A stretch of DNA of 59,032 nucleotides, filler included, from Actinomycetota bacterium (GCA_046725875.1; 4 parts of 4 records of this genome joined end to end with filler, not necessarily neighbours in it); one strand, 5' to 3'. Counted from the first letter of the whole stretch, positions 1-10,334 are shown. The notes: a model not told the origin generated them from the sequence alone. A program made the numbers and translations.

Positions 1-412
1 TGAGGTCATCCGGCGCCATGACCTTGCCCTGTTGGAAGTACCACGCCCTTTCCACCCCGAACCGTTCCGGGTCGTTGAAGGGTTTGATTGGTGTCCGGGT
101 TGTTTCCAGCGGGGCGCCGTCGAGTGTGAAGGCGATCGTCACGGGGTCAAAGGCGGCCCTGGCTCGCTGGTGGTCGAACGACGCGTCCCCGCCATCGACC
201 CAGCCGACCAGGATGACGTGCCAGTCTGCCGCGCAGTAATGCCGACCGTCCCATGGCGAGCCTTGAAATGGGCGGATCGAGCCATGACTGCCCAAGAAGT
301 CCGCTGGCGCGGCCTCGGCGGTTTCACCCTTCTGTCGCAGGATCACTGCGCCGCCCGTGCCGAATGCATCGAGCACTGCTTGGGCGTCACCACGGGTGAT
401 GCGGCCGGCCAT
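1..412 (-). CDS. Hypothetical protein, 3' end runs off the window (not in ORF track)
   Basis: Manual translation from ATG at 412 (preceded by GAGGAGG SD): MAGRITRGDAQAVLDAFGTGG...HYCAADWHVILVGWVDGG...RAWYFQQGKVMAPDDL, open to base 1. Confidence 0.7.
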   Translation of the reverse strand, partial: MAGRITRGDAQAVLDAFGTGGAVILRQKGETAEAAPADFLGSHGSIRPFQGSPWDGRHYCAADWHVILVGWVDGGDASFDHQRARAAFDPVTIAFTLDGAPLETTRTPIKPFNDPERFGVERAWYFQQGKVMAPDDL

Positions 413-532
413 GGGTGCCTCCTCGGGTTGATCGAAGCAACCTAGTGGAAGCGTCCGTTGTCCGCAGGCAAATGCGCGCGAAATGCCCGTGCGTGCGTGT
501 GTGCGTCGATGCGAGGCGAGGAACTCCAGATC

Positions 533-677
533 CGGGTTGCGGCTGCTAATCGACCCGACATTCAGCCCACCATGGGTGTATGAAAGCGCCCCCGGACGCC
601 GCTTACCAAGACTGAAGGCCCTGCACTTACCGCCGGAGAGAGCGGACCCATCGACGTGGTGCTGCTGTCCCATGACC
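533..677 (+). pseudogene. MBL-fold metallo-hydrolase fragment (copy A)
   Basis: GLRLLIDPTFSPP..YESAPGR, frameshift, LTKTEGPALTAGESGPIDVVLLSHD; homologous to 4584-4732. Confidence 0.7.
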
Positions 678-829
678 GGCGGTCTGGCCGTCCGGCAGCC
701 TCGTGCACGCCTGGAGCTATCCCCTGTGGTACCTATGGCGCCCCTACATCGTCTACCGCAACCTCCCGGTCTCCTAGCGGGTGGCTGTGGTCACGCTCGG
801 GGCTACTTCATGTCCGCCCGCCCAAGCGC

Positions 830-1045
830 TTAATTCGCGGCCTGGACAGCCTCGGCAGCGATCTTGATGAGCTGCACTCCGTCATCGGGGTGGGAGACCA
901 TCGCCACGTGGTTAGTCGCGATTTCGACGGTGGTGGCGTTCATGCGGGCGGTGAGCTTGCGCTCGGCATCGGGCGAGATGGTCTGATCGCCGTCGGCGAC
1001 CAGGAACCAGCACGGGTGTGACTTCCAGGCCGGGACGGCCATCAC
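830..1045 (-). pseudogene. C-terminal fragment of an alpha/beta hydrolase
   Basis: PAWKSHPCWFLVADGDQTISPDAERKLTARMNATTVEIATNHVAMVSHP contains only the acid/His half of the fold; N-terminal half absent. Confidence 0.65.
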
Positions 1046-1074
1046 CTACTCGGGGGCGGATCAGGTCAGCGGCC

Positions 1075-1409
1075 CGGACGCGACACCGTCATTCCAACAG
1101 CAGATGGCCTCCGACCGGGAACCGGCGCGATCCTCGCAGCTATCGAGGCGGCAGGTGGCAAGCCCGCGGTCGTCGTCGGCAAAACCCGAACCGATCATCT
1201 TCAACATCGCTCGCAACGCACTGACGGCGTGTGAACGAATTGGTGTGATCGGCGATCACCTGATCTCCGACGTCGCCGGGGCCAAACGCGCAGGCCTGAG
1301 GGCGATCCTCGTCCTTACCGGAACCACGAGTCGCCGCGACCTCGAGCGCGCTGTGATCCAGCCGGATCTCGTGTTGGAGAGCATCTCTGCCCTGCTGACC
1401 GTCATGTAG
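1075..1409 (+). pseudogene. HAD subfamily IIA (NagD-like) hydrolase, 5'-truncated and frameshifted
   Basis: IPTADGLRPGTGAILAAIEAAGGKPAVVVGK, frameshift in the AAAA run near 1181, then PEP..IGDHLISDVAGAKRAG..LVLTG. Confidence 0.75.
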
Positions 1410-1646
1410 GCGCGACCGTAACACCGGCAGCACGTTTCGATCGCACATGTGAACCATCAGCGCAGTAGTCGATGGTGGTCGCTCAGGCGCGCGACGGGGC
1501 AACATCGAGGCGCGCGGCGGCGCGCCGCGGAATAGCGGTTGCCGGCGGTCAGGGACGCCCGTGGCGCGTCGTAGCCGCTGGTCCCCAATTCCACGCTCCG
1601 ACGGCCCGGCGGCCGATGTCGAACAGATCCTCGGTAGCCTGCTCGC

Positions 1647-2528
1647 ATGCTCGAGTTCGGTGATAGCGCGGCCGGTGCGGGGGACCTCGATGTGAGTTGG
1701 CATGCGGGCTGGCCGTCGGCCAAGCATGATCCAGCGCCCGAGATCCAGGTGCACGCCTACGACCCCCACACGGTGATCCTGCGGCAGAACAAGTCCGTCA
1801 ACCACGAAGCTCCGTTCATGTTTCTGCTGTTCGGCAACTCGCAGGCGCTGCTGCTGGACACCGGCGCCACAGCTGACCCGTCGTACTTCCCGCTGCGCCG
1901 GGCCGTCGACGAGCTGATCGCCGGGTGGCTAGCCGAGAATCTCCGCGACGGCTACGGGCTGACGGTCGCGCACACCCACGGCCATGACGACCATGTCGCC
2001 GGGGACGTGCAGTTCGCCGATCGACCAGACACTGTTGTGGTGGGCAAGTCGGTGGACGACGTGATCGAGTTCTACGGCCTGGACCGGTGGCCCGACGGAG
2101 CGGCGACGCTCGATCTCGGCGGCCGTGTGCTGGACGTGCTGCCCGGGCCTGGACACCACAGATCGGCCACTGTGTTCTATGACCGATACACCCGGCTACC
2201 GTTCACCGGAGACTCGGTGTACCCGGGACGGCTCTACGTCGATGACTGGGCTGCATTCACCGCCACCATCGACCGGCTGCTCAAGTTCTGTGCCACGCGA
2301 TCTATCAGCCACGTCCTCGGCTGCCACATCGAAATGACCGCGAAGCCCGGCAAGGACTACCTCATCGGGTCGACCTACCAACCGGACGAACCGCCGCTGC
2401 AGCTGACCGTCGACCACCTGGGTGCGCTGCAGAAGCTCCTCGCCAAGGCCGACGATAGTCCCGGCGCTCCACCCTTCGGAGAAATCGCGACCTATCCCCA
2501 CGACGACTTCATCGTGTGGCGCCTCTGA
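1647..2528 (+). CDS. MBL-fold metallo-hydrolase
   Basis: HTHGHDDH motif, LLDTG, PGH, FTGD, late His. Confidence 0.9.
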   Translation: MLEFGDSAAGAGDLDVSWHAGWPSAKHDPAPEIQVHAYDPHTVILRQNKSVNHEAPFMFLLFGNSQALLLDTGATADPSYFPLRRAVDELIAGWLAENLRDGYGLTVAHTHGHDDHVAGDVQFADRPDTVVVGKSVDDVIEFYGLDRWPDGAATLDLGGRVLDVLPGPGHHRSATVFYDRYTRLPFTGDSVYPGRLYVDDWAAFTATIDRLLKFCATRSISHVLGCHIEMTAKPGKDYLIGSTYQPDEPPLQLTVDHLGALQKLLAKADDSPGAPPFGEIATYPHDDFIVWRL

Positions 2529-3168
2529 ACAAGCTGCTTGCCAGCAACCTTCGCGACACCGGCTCCGAGACCTGCGGATCAAGTCCTGCGACCTTGTTGA
2601 CGTAAGACATACTCCTCATGTCCGGTTTCGCCTACGTGACTGTGCGCTGCTGATCGATCAGGACGCCGGCGCGCTTGCTGCGGCGGGCGCGCACGATCGT
2701 CTCCAGCTGCTCGGGCCGGAATGCCGCCTCGTCTCATCCCCACGGCTGCGTGAAGACCGACACACGCTACGACGAACAGACCGCCTGGGCACACAACACA
2801 ACAGCCGCCGCGAGACAGTCATGACCGCATACGGCGCGTTTCTCGCGAGCACGCGAGACCTTGCTTCATCGTCCCGCTCGGTCGTGGTAACCGCCCTGAC
2901 CGGGATCCGTCGCCACCGTGCCTACACCACGGTCCGGGACGAGAGCGTCGCGCTCTCACCCCTCACAGTGCACAGGTCGGCGACATCGCTACGTGGGTAG
3001 CACGTTGATCCCTTCGGCGCAATGCTTGTCGCGCTGTGGCAGGCAAGCGAGGCGAGGAAGGTGCGGGCGCGCAGGCGACGGCCTCAACCACCCGCCCGCT
3101 GCGGCGGCTGACGCGTGGGTGGGTCGTAGATACCAAGCGTCCGCAGATCGATGAATGGCGATGATCTC

Positions 3169-3618
3169 CTATCCGCGGTCGAGCACCATGAGACCTGCCT
3201 CTCGAATCGCGGCTTCGAGCGTCACACGCTTCAACCACAACGTCATCGGCTTGTCGAGATCCAGCGCAGGTACGTAAATGTCCGCCGTGCATTTGTTCGC
3301 CAGCACAAAGCCGACTCTGCTAAGCGGGACCGCCCTCAGGTTGACGTCGACTAGCTGATCCAGTCCGTATCTTCGATCCTCCGCTACGCCACCCGAGCAC
3401 CAGCATTCGCATGTGCCGTGCTTACCGGATTCGTCGTCGTAAATCACGAGGCATATGCACGGACTTACGCCGGGACAGAAGAAGTCGCAGTTGCAATCGC
3501 GTGGCAGGTCTGCTTCCCCTCGACCTCCGGTTTGCGCATCAACCGCGCTCCGCTCAGCGACGCGTGGATCCTCGTATCCGAAGCTCCTATTCACCGAGGG
3601 ATGCTGCTCAGCTCCCAT
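3169..3618 (-). CDS. Cys-rich hypothetical protein with possible STN/secretin-N-like C-terminal domain
   Basis: GGAGGGG SD before ATG; 8 clustered Cys; C-terminal VDVNLRAVPL...MTLWLKRVTLEAAI pattern. Confidence 0.6.
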   Translation of the reverse strand: MGAEQHPSVNRSFGYEDPRVAERSAVDAQTGGRGEADLPRDCNCDFFCPGVSPCICLVIYDDESGKHGTCECWCSGGVAEDRRYGLDQLVDVNLRAVPLSRVGFVLANKCTADIYVPALDLDKPMTLWLKRVTLEAAIREAGLMVLDRG

Positions 3619-3914
3619 GGCCCCTCCCCTCTAGCCTTCGGGCTTGAGCGCAACCTACGCTCCGCTCGTTCACGGCTCAAGGCGATCGCTACCCGCACCG
3701 CAGCCGCGACGGGGCCGGCCATACCGAGGGCAGCGAGCGTGTGGGTCGATGGTCCAGGACGCGATCACGGTCCGCCTCGGAACCAGAGGCTGACAACCGC
3801 GCGGAAGGCTTGGGCTACGAGTGGGTCACTCGAGACTGCGGAAGATCTTCCGGAGGTCAACGGTACCGCGCCAGTGCGCGGTGGACGAGTCATTCGCCAC
3901 AGGCAGGCGGCACA

Positions 3915-4005
3915 GGAGTTCACCTCTCGGCGCACCATGCGTTCGAAGCGGGCCAGCCCGAGCCGGCGGGTGCGGGCCACGTCACCGCCGTCCCGATCGC
4001 ACTGC
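3915..4005 (-). pseudogene. Possible IS110-family transposase remnant
   Basis: DRDGGDVARTRRLGLARFERMVRREV resembles an internal segment of actinobacterial IS110 transposases (recalled similarity only). Confidence 0.3.
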
Positions 4006-4130
4006 ATCGACACGCAGAGCGTCTTTCTAAGCCGCCGATCGCGCCGACGACAGTGCGCTCATGTTGCGGTCACGCAGTGACCCCTCTTGCGAGGGTTTGC
4101 TGTGCCTGCCTCGCCTGATGAGAGGGACAG

Positions 4131-4328
4131 CTAGCGCTTTGGATCAGAGTCTTTACTTGGAGTCTGAACCGATTCGCGCCTCGTGCGTTCTGGATGCTCG
4201 GTGCGGTCATCGGAGTCCTCGAGGATGGAGCGAGCCTGTGCTCGTGGATCGTCGCTGCCTGCCGCGACCTCTTCTGGAAGCAGCTCTGCGCGGCTCGCCA
4301 CTCGCTCTTCATCGGGTGCCTCAGTCAC
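4131..4328 (-). CDS. Small acidic hypothetical protein of a type seen in Actinobacteria
   Basis: RAELLPEE..GSDDP.AQA..IL.DSD.RT pattern; GTG start. Confidence 0.6.
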   Translation of the reverse strand: MTEAPDEERVASRAELLPEEVAAGSDDPRAQARSILEDSDDRTEHPERTRRESVQTPSKDSDPKR

Positions 4329-4494
4329 GGGAGTCTCGTACCCCGTCGGGGTTTAACCAGTCCCACACAATTGGCTGCTACGTCCGCCCGGCACGAGTGC
4401 GGTCGCACGCACCTGCCGCTGCTGGTCCGTAGGTGTCGAGGTCGGGCTGGTTTGCCGCGGAATCGGCGGTGTTGAGGCCGGGTTAGACAAGTTC

Positions 4495-4880
4495 ATGGAC
4501 TCAGGGACGTCGGTGCCCGCAGGCCGCCATCCGACTGTGAGCGTCCGGCTGATCGGCGGGCCGACCGCGGTGGTGGAGGTGGCGGGGCTACGGCTGCTAT
4601 CCGATCCGACATTCAGCACGCCAGGCATCCATGAAAGCGCCCCCGGGCGGCCGGCCGCTAACCAAGACCGAAGGCCCAGCCCTGACCGCCGCGGAGATCG
4701 GCCCCGTCGACGTCGTGCTGCTATCCCATGACCAGCACGCGGATAATCTCGACCCGGCGGGCCGAGACGTCGCTGCCGTGGCACCGATCACCCTGACCAC
4801 GGCGAGCGCGGCCGGCCGGCTCGGAAGCACCGCGCGCCCACTGTCGACCTGGCAGCAGGTACGGCTGGCGCGTCCAGCCT
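4495..4880 (+). pseudogene. MBL-fold metallo-hydrolase, frameshifted and 3'-truncated (copy B)
   Basis: IGGPTAVVEVAGLRLLSDPTF, frameshift near 4650, then VLLSHDQHADNLD; homology ends where the opposing isochorismatase gene ends. Confidence 0.8.
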
Positions 4881-4898
4881 GCCGCGATACCCCTCGAG

Positions 4899-5519
4899 TC
4901 AGACTGGCATGTGCGTCGGGGCGGCGAGGGCCAGCAAGTCCTCGTCCCAGTGCCGCCGGTCCTCGGCGAGCCGGCTGGAGCGGGTCACCGAGAACATGAA
5001 GGGGTAGGTGGCCAGCACCTGCTCGTGGTTCGAGGGGTGGTCCGCACAACAGTCGGCGACCACCGCGACCAAGTACCCGAGTTGGGTGGCGGAGGCGGCG
5101 GTCAACAGCACGCAGGTGGAAGTAACCAGGCCAGCGACGAGCAGGAAACGCCGACCGGCACCGCGCAGCAGCGCATCGAGGTCGGTGCCGAGGAAAGCGT
5201 CGAAGCTGTGCTTGAGCACGACGGGTTCCCCCGGGAGCGGCGCAGCGACCGGTAGCGGCTGCGCGCCCTCGGTGCCGCTGATGCACGGGATGCGGCCGCG
5301 CAGCCGGTAGCGGGCGATCCAGTCGCTGCCGTCCGGCGCGAACCGGGCGTGAACATGCACCACCGCGATGCCCAGCCTGCGGCATGAGAACAACAGTCGC
5401 TCGACCGCGGCCGGAAATCCCCGGGCCGTCGCCGCGACCGAGTCCGGCCAGAAGTCGTGCTGGACGTCGATGAGCAGCAGCGCGTACTCGCGCCAGGCCG
5501 ACGACGTCTCCGTTGGCAT
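4899..5519 (-). CDS. Isochorismatase-family cysteine hydrolase
   Basis: ALLLIDVQHDF, K..FDAF, GLVTSTCV (Asp-Lys-Cys triad); start taken at MPTETSS. Confidence 0.9.
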   Translation of the reverse strand: MPTETSSAWREYALLLIDVQHDFWPDSVAATARGFPAAVERLLFSCRRLGIAVVHVHARFAPDGSDWIARYRLRGRIPCISGTEGAQPLPVAAPLPGEPVVLKHSFDAFLGTDLDALLRGAGRRFLLVAGLVTSTCVLLTAASATQLGYLVAVVADCCADHPSNHEQVLATYPFMFSVTRSSRLAEDRRHWDEDLLALAAPTHMPV

Positions 5520-5764
5520 AGCGCTCACGGTACCCGCGCAGGACCTTGCGGAGGGGGCACCGACGCAGGACGCGGTCAGTAGTGTCTTCCGGGGATCCGC
5601 TGTGCACGGGCATCCGGCCTGGGTCGGGGAACCGGCTGGGCTCCGCGCGGGTTGATCTCTCGGCTGGGATACTGTGGCACGCTCACGAAGCCTGCCCATC
5701 GTGCGCGCCGAGGGGTGATCCCTGCGGGGCGCGCGGGAGCATCGAGATGTTTCTTCGCCTGATC

Positions 5765-7060
5765 TTCTCTCGTAAACAGCCTCGATGAGGAGCGCGCTTC
5801 AGATCCTCGCCCAGGGGGTCGGGTGGTGGGATGAGGAACGCCGCGCCGTCGAGGACGCCCGTCAGACGGGGCGCCCGCCGGTCGTGAGGAGGCGAAACCG
5901 CTGCTGGGTGACGTGGCCCGCCTGTGTGCGTGAGCACCCCGACCATTAGATCGCTGGCTGCCTCCTCGACGCTGCGACCTGTGCAGGCCGATTGGTCGGA
6001 GGCGCGATGCTGTTCGTGGGAGATGACTGGGCCGAGGATCATCACGACGTCGAGATCGTGGACGACACCGGCGGGGTGCTGGCACGTCGACGACTGTCCA
6101 ACGGGCTGGCCGCGAAGTCCGACACCGCGGATGCGCCCTGCTGGCCGAGATCATGCGGTTCGACCGCGGGCACCACCGGCCGCTGGCCGCCGACAGCGAC
6201 CAAGGTGAGGCGATCAAGCTCACCGCCCGCACCCACCAGAGCCTGGTCTGGGACCGCACCCGCCACGTGCTGCGGCTGCGGTCAGCGCTGCGGGAGTTCT
6301 TCCCCGTTGCGCTGCAGGCGTTTCCCGACCTGGACGCAACGGACGCGCTCGAGCTTATGCGCCGGGCGCCCCGACCCCGAACAGGCGGCGTAGCTGAGCA
6401 GATCGACGATTAGCGCCGCGCTGCGGCGGGCCAACCGCCGTGACATCCACGACAAGGCCACCGCACTGCAGGCGGTCCTGCGCGCCGAAGCCCTCCGCCA
6501 GCCGACGGTGATCCAGGCTGCCTACGCCACCATCGTGACCAGCCAGATCGCCGTCATCGAGACCCTCAACACCCAGATCGACCGGCTCGGCCAGGTGATG
6601 AGCGCCCATTTTGGCCGTCACCGGGACGCTGACATCTATGCCAGCCAACCCGGGCTCGGCACGATCCTCCCGGCCCGGGTCCTCGGCGAGTTCGGTGACG
6701 ACCCGCACCGCTTCATCGACGCCAAGGCACGCAAGTGCTACGCGGGCACCGCACCAATCACCCGTGCCTCGGGTAAGAAGAAGATCGTGCTCGCGCGGTA
6801 CGTCCGCAACCGACGTCTGGGCGACGCACTGCACCAATGGGTGTTCTGCTCGATGCGCGGTTCCCCCGGAGCCAAGGCGTACTACCAGTAACTACGCGAC
6901 TGCAACATCGGCCACCAGGCGGCACTGGGCCAACTCGGCAACCGACCCGTCGGCATCCTGCACGGCTGCCTCAAAACCAGCACCACCACGTACGACGAAC
7001 ACACAGCCTGGGCCCACCACACCAAAGCCGCTGCTTGACATGTAACAACCTGGGATGTCT
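5765..7060 (+). mobile_element. Degenerate IS110-family element (left boundary approximate)
   Basis: Structured ~240-nt non-coding leader, decayed transposase, right end TTGACA(7035)...GGGATGTCT(7060) with a -35-like box and CT end; no terminal inverted repeats. Confidence 0.75.
6007..7038 (+). pseudogene. IS110-family (DEDD) transposase pseudogene
   Basis: MLFVGDDWAEDHHDV start; internal deletion near 6110; frameshifts; PGLG...GEFGDD...YAGTAPITRASG; premature TAA at 6889-6891. Confidence 0.92.
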
Positions 7061-7129
7061 GCCGCCGACCGTGAACCGTCTCGCTGTCGGCACGGGGGTC
7101 AATTCCGAAGGCTGATTCTTCGAAGTGAG

Positions 7130-7365
7130 TCCTCGCCCGCCAGGTCGGATGATGGGTGGGATGAGGACCGTCGCGGCGTCGATGACGGCTATAGACATCG
7201 GCCCCGCGGGACGGACTCGGCCTGTACTTGATTCCGGCCGGCGGGCGGCAGTGTCGGCGGGGACGGCCGTAAGTGCTTATGTCATCACGGTCGCTGTGGC
7301 TGCGCCCGCTCCGGCGCTCACCGATGTCGTGGGCTGGATGAGCAAGCGCCCGGTCCGCAACAAGT
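7130..7365 (+). other. Orphan IS110 left-end-like structured sequence
   Basis: 28/32 nt match between 7156-7187 and 5826-5857, shared TCCTCGCCC..GGGATGAGGA hairpin, further long-range complementary segments; no transposase follows. Confidence 0.5.
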
Positions 7366-7546
7366 CATGGATGAGTGGTTTTCAGCCGCTGGCGGCCGAG
7401 CGTCGCGCGGCTCTCGTCGACAGGCCGGCCCCGGCACGAACCCGTCGCCCCACCGGCCGTTTACACTCGACGACTGGGTAGACGCTGGCGGCGGGCGCCC
7501 GGAACGAGCGCCCCTGGTCGGGAGACCCTCGCGGGAGGGCAGCACC

Positions 7547-8596
7547 ATGAAGATCGACGTGGGGGCGGAGAACCCGGTCGAACGGCTGGCGCTGAGGCTG
7601 GGCTTGGTGCCCAAGCCGGCATTCCACACGCTCGTGGCGGTGCTGGCCGCCCGGACCGTGATGGTCGCCACCAAGCTCGGGGTCTTCGAGACGTTGGAGC
7701 AGAAGCCGCTGACTGCGACAGAGGTGGCAACGCGACTCGGGACCGAGCGCGGGGCGACCCGGAAGCTTCTGAACGCCCTGACCGGGCTCGGTTACCTACG
7801 ACTGACCGGCGATACGTTCGCGCTGTCCTCCGACGCCCGCCGGTGGCTTGTCTCGGCCAGCCCGCGATCGCTGCGCGACTGGGTCCTGGAGCAGGAGTCG
7901 CTGGAGTGGCGGTGGCTCGAACACCTCGAGGACTTCCTCCGCACGGGCCATAACGTCCAGATTCACAACGACCTCTCCGACGAGATGTGGCGGCTCTACC
8001 AGCGCGGCATGCGCAGCGTCGCCGGCCTTTCCGCCGCCGAGGTGGCTCGCCGCGTGCCGGTACCCAAAGGGGCCCGCCAGATGCTGGACATCGGCGGCTC
8101 GCACGGCTACCACTCGGTGGTCATCTGCCGCCGCCACCCCGGTCTGCGGTCGGTCGTCCTCGACCTTCCCCAGGCGATCCGCCACGCCGCTCCGTTGCTG
8201 GCCAACGAAGGGATGGGCGACCGCGTGGTGCACCGCGCCGGAGACGCCACCACCGACGACTTCGGAACCGCGACGTTCGACCTCGTGTACACCGCCAACG
8301 CCGCTCACCACTTCGATGAACCGACCAACCGCGACCTCGCTCGGCGAGCGGCTCGGGCCCTGCGCCCGGGCGGCTTCTTCGTCATCGTCGATTTCGTCCG
8401 GCCGCGCTCACCGAGGAAGGCCGGGCAGGTCGGCACACTCAACGCCCTGTTCTTCGCGCTGACCAGCGCCGCCGACACGTGGTCCACCGAGGAGATGGCC
8501 CGATGGCAGCGCGACGCCGGATTGCAGCCACGCAAACCGATCCGCCTGCGCACCGCGCCTGACACAGCGATCCAAGCCTCAGTCAAACCAAGTTAA
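7547..8596 (+). CDS. SAM-dependent O-methyltransferase (dimerisation domain plus Methyltransf_2)
   Basis: N-terminal LGVF..L...LTA.EVA winged helix, MLDIGGSHG, DLP, GD, HHF; GGGAGG SD. Confidence 0.9.
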   Translation: MKIDVGAENPVERLALRLGLVPKPAFHTLVAVLAARTVMVATKLGVFETLEQKPLTATEVATRLGTERGATRKLLNALTGLGYLRLTGDTFALSSDARRWLVSASPRSLRDWVLEQESLEWRWLEHLEDFLRTGHNVQIHNDLSDEMWRLYQRGMRSVAGLSAAEVARRVPVPKGARQMLDIGGSHGYHSVVICRRHPGLRSVVLDLPQAIRHAAPLLANEGMGDRVVHRAGDATTDDFGTATFDLVYTANAAHHFDEPTNRDLARRAARALRPGGFFVIVDFVRPRSPRKAGQVGTLNALFFALTSAADTWSTEEMARWQRDAGLQPRKPIRLRTAPDTAIQASVKPS

Positions 8597-8794
8597 GCCT
8601 CGAACACACACCCCGACCCCAGCGTCATCCGTACGCTCGAGCGCTGCGCCGCCTGTTCAACCGCTTCCTCGGTCAGCTCCACCACTGGCTGACCACCGGT
8701 CAGCACTACACGCAGGTCTCAGCCTTCCCCACCGAACAGGTGATCCGTCAACGCCAACGCCGCGCGGTGAACGGCCCGCGTGGGCAGCCGATGT

Positions 8795-8929
8795 GAGAGC
8801 AAGACACGCAGGTCGGATCCGGTGTGTTCCCTTAAACCGACCCAGATAGGTGCCGACCGCTAGTTTCAGCAGGTCCGCAGATGGGACAGCGGAGCCGGTC
8901 GAGCCCGGCGACAACAACGAAGTGGTCAT
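8795..8929 (-). pseudogene. Tyrosine recombinase/integrase N-terminal remnant
   Basis: LKLAVGTYLGRFKG, frameshift, HTGSDLRVLL, typical of the N-terminus of an actinobacterial integrase family; catalytic domain absent. Confidence 0.6.
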
Positions 8930-9075
8930 AACCGCAGCATGCGCGCAGATTGGCACCCTGCTGACCAGCCCGCAGCAGCATGTGAGTGCGCTGTGCAGAG
9001 GAGCGAAGGCGCGCTAAGGATGCCGGGCTAGCGGCGCGCGTTCTAGGTGCGCGTCGTGCCTCCGTCTTTGGATCG

Positions 9076-9933
9076 TTACTCGGCGGCGAGAGCACCGAGT
9101 GCCGGCCACGGTGGACCCTCGTGGAGCATGGTCAGGATGTCTCGGCCATGTTGGTGCCCATTCGGGAATTCATCGCGGACGTCCCATCGCCAGGCGGCGA
9201 CTATCGCAAGAACAAGCCGCCGACACTGCTCGAGTAGAACTTGATCGACATCGGGGTAGTGGGCGCTGACCTCGTCCGGCACGTGCGCAACATCGAATTC
9301 GATCGGCCCACGGCAACACGTTTCGAAGTCGATGAACCGCAGGCCATCCTGGGCGCTAAGAAGGTTGCCTGGATGCGGTTCGCCGTGCAGCAGCTGCTCG
9401 GCAGCTCCACGGCTGTTGATCTGTCGACGCGCGCTGTGCAGCGTGCTGACGAGGAGATGGCGATCGGCCTCAGCGAGCGCGGGGGTTGCGTCTCGGTTCG
9501 TGACCAGCCGCTCAGCCCCTGCGGCGCGTTCCATGAAGTGCGGCGTCGCGATCTCGACCCTTCGCATCCCCGCGTGCAGGCGATGAAGCGTGTCTGCGTA
9601 TTCGGCCGGTGAGTCCTGGCCGGGAGTCACTGCCTCGTAGTAGGTCCACAAGGTCACTGCGAAGCCGTCGCGTTCGTAGACGCGAGGTTCGACCCGGGGG
9701 TCAAGTGCCGCGACGGGACTCTCAAGTGCAGCGAGCCGCTGAGCGAGCTCGACCTCAAGCGCGGCGACCTCTCGCCCCACCAGTGCTACTCGAGCGAAGA
9801 CGTCACAAGGCAATAGACGCAGAGCGAGCTTGTTCGAGTTATGAATCACGACTACGTCGTTGACCCGCAGGTCCAGCGCTCCGGCAAGTGATGTCGCCGC
9901 GGCCATCGCACGCGAAACGAGCTTTGCCTCCAC
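9076..9933 (-). CDS. Aminoglycoside-phosphotransferase-family (APH-like) kinase
   Basis: LLHGEPHPGN Brenner-like motif, IDFE, GPIEFD; start uncertain (GTG 9933). Confidence 0.85.
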   Translation of the reverse strand: MEAKLVSRAMAAATSLAGALDLRVNDVVVIHNSNKLALRLLPCDVFARVALVGREVAALEVELAQRLAALESPVAALDPRVEPRVYERDGFAVTLWTYYEAVTPGQDSPAEYADTLHRLHAGMRRVEIATPHFMERAAGAERLVTNRDATPALAEADRHLLVSTLHSARRQINSRGAAEQLLHGEPHPGNLLSAQDGLRFIDFETCCRGPIEFDVAHVPDEVSAHYPDVDQVLLEQCRRLVLAIVAAWRWDVRDEFPNGHQHGRDILTMLHEGPPWPALGALAAE

Positions 9934-10334
9934 GAGTGGATCCTGACATTCGTAGAGCGTTCGATCGAACACCTCGAACGCTCGCTCATCGGCAGATCCG
10001 GGCGTGTGACACATTGTGCTCCCCCTCGCCTGTCACGGCCTCGAGCACCGACAGTTGCGGGGTCACGCGTAACACCGCCCCCTGTACGCACTGGACCGAT
10101 ACCGGGACCGGCCGGCATCTCGTTGCTGGCCGACCTGACGATCTCCATCCGCGACTCGTGGTGCTTATGCTCACCATTAGCGACTATGCCGCCACCGACG
10201 AAGTCATCGGCGTCGTGGATCTGGAGGCGGTCAACGGCGTGACCCGCGACCTCGGGCTCGCCGACAGCACATCGCGAGCGACTTACGCACCATGCTGGAT
10301 GAGTCGAGCACGCGAACAGGCGCGGGGGTGGTCG

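Noticed and set aside
2530..3160. Short ORFs between the MBL gene and the Cys-rich gene
   Set aside because: No SD, motif or consistent frame that I can support
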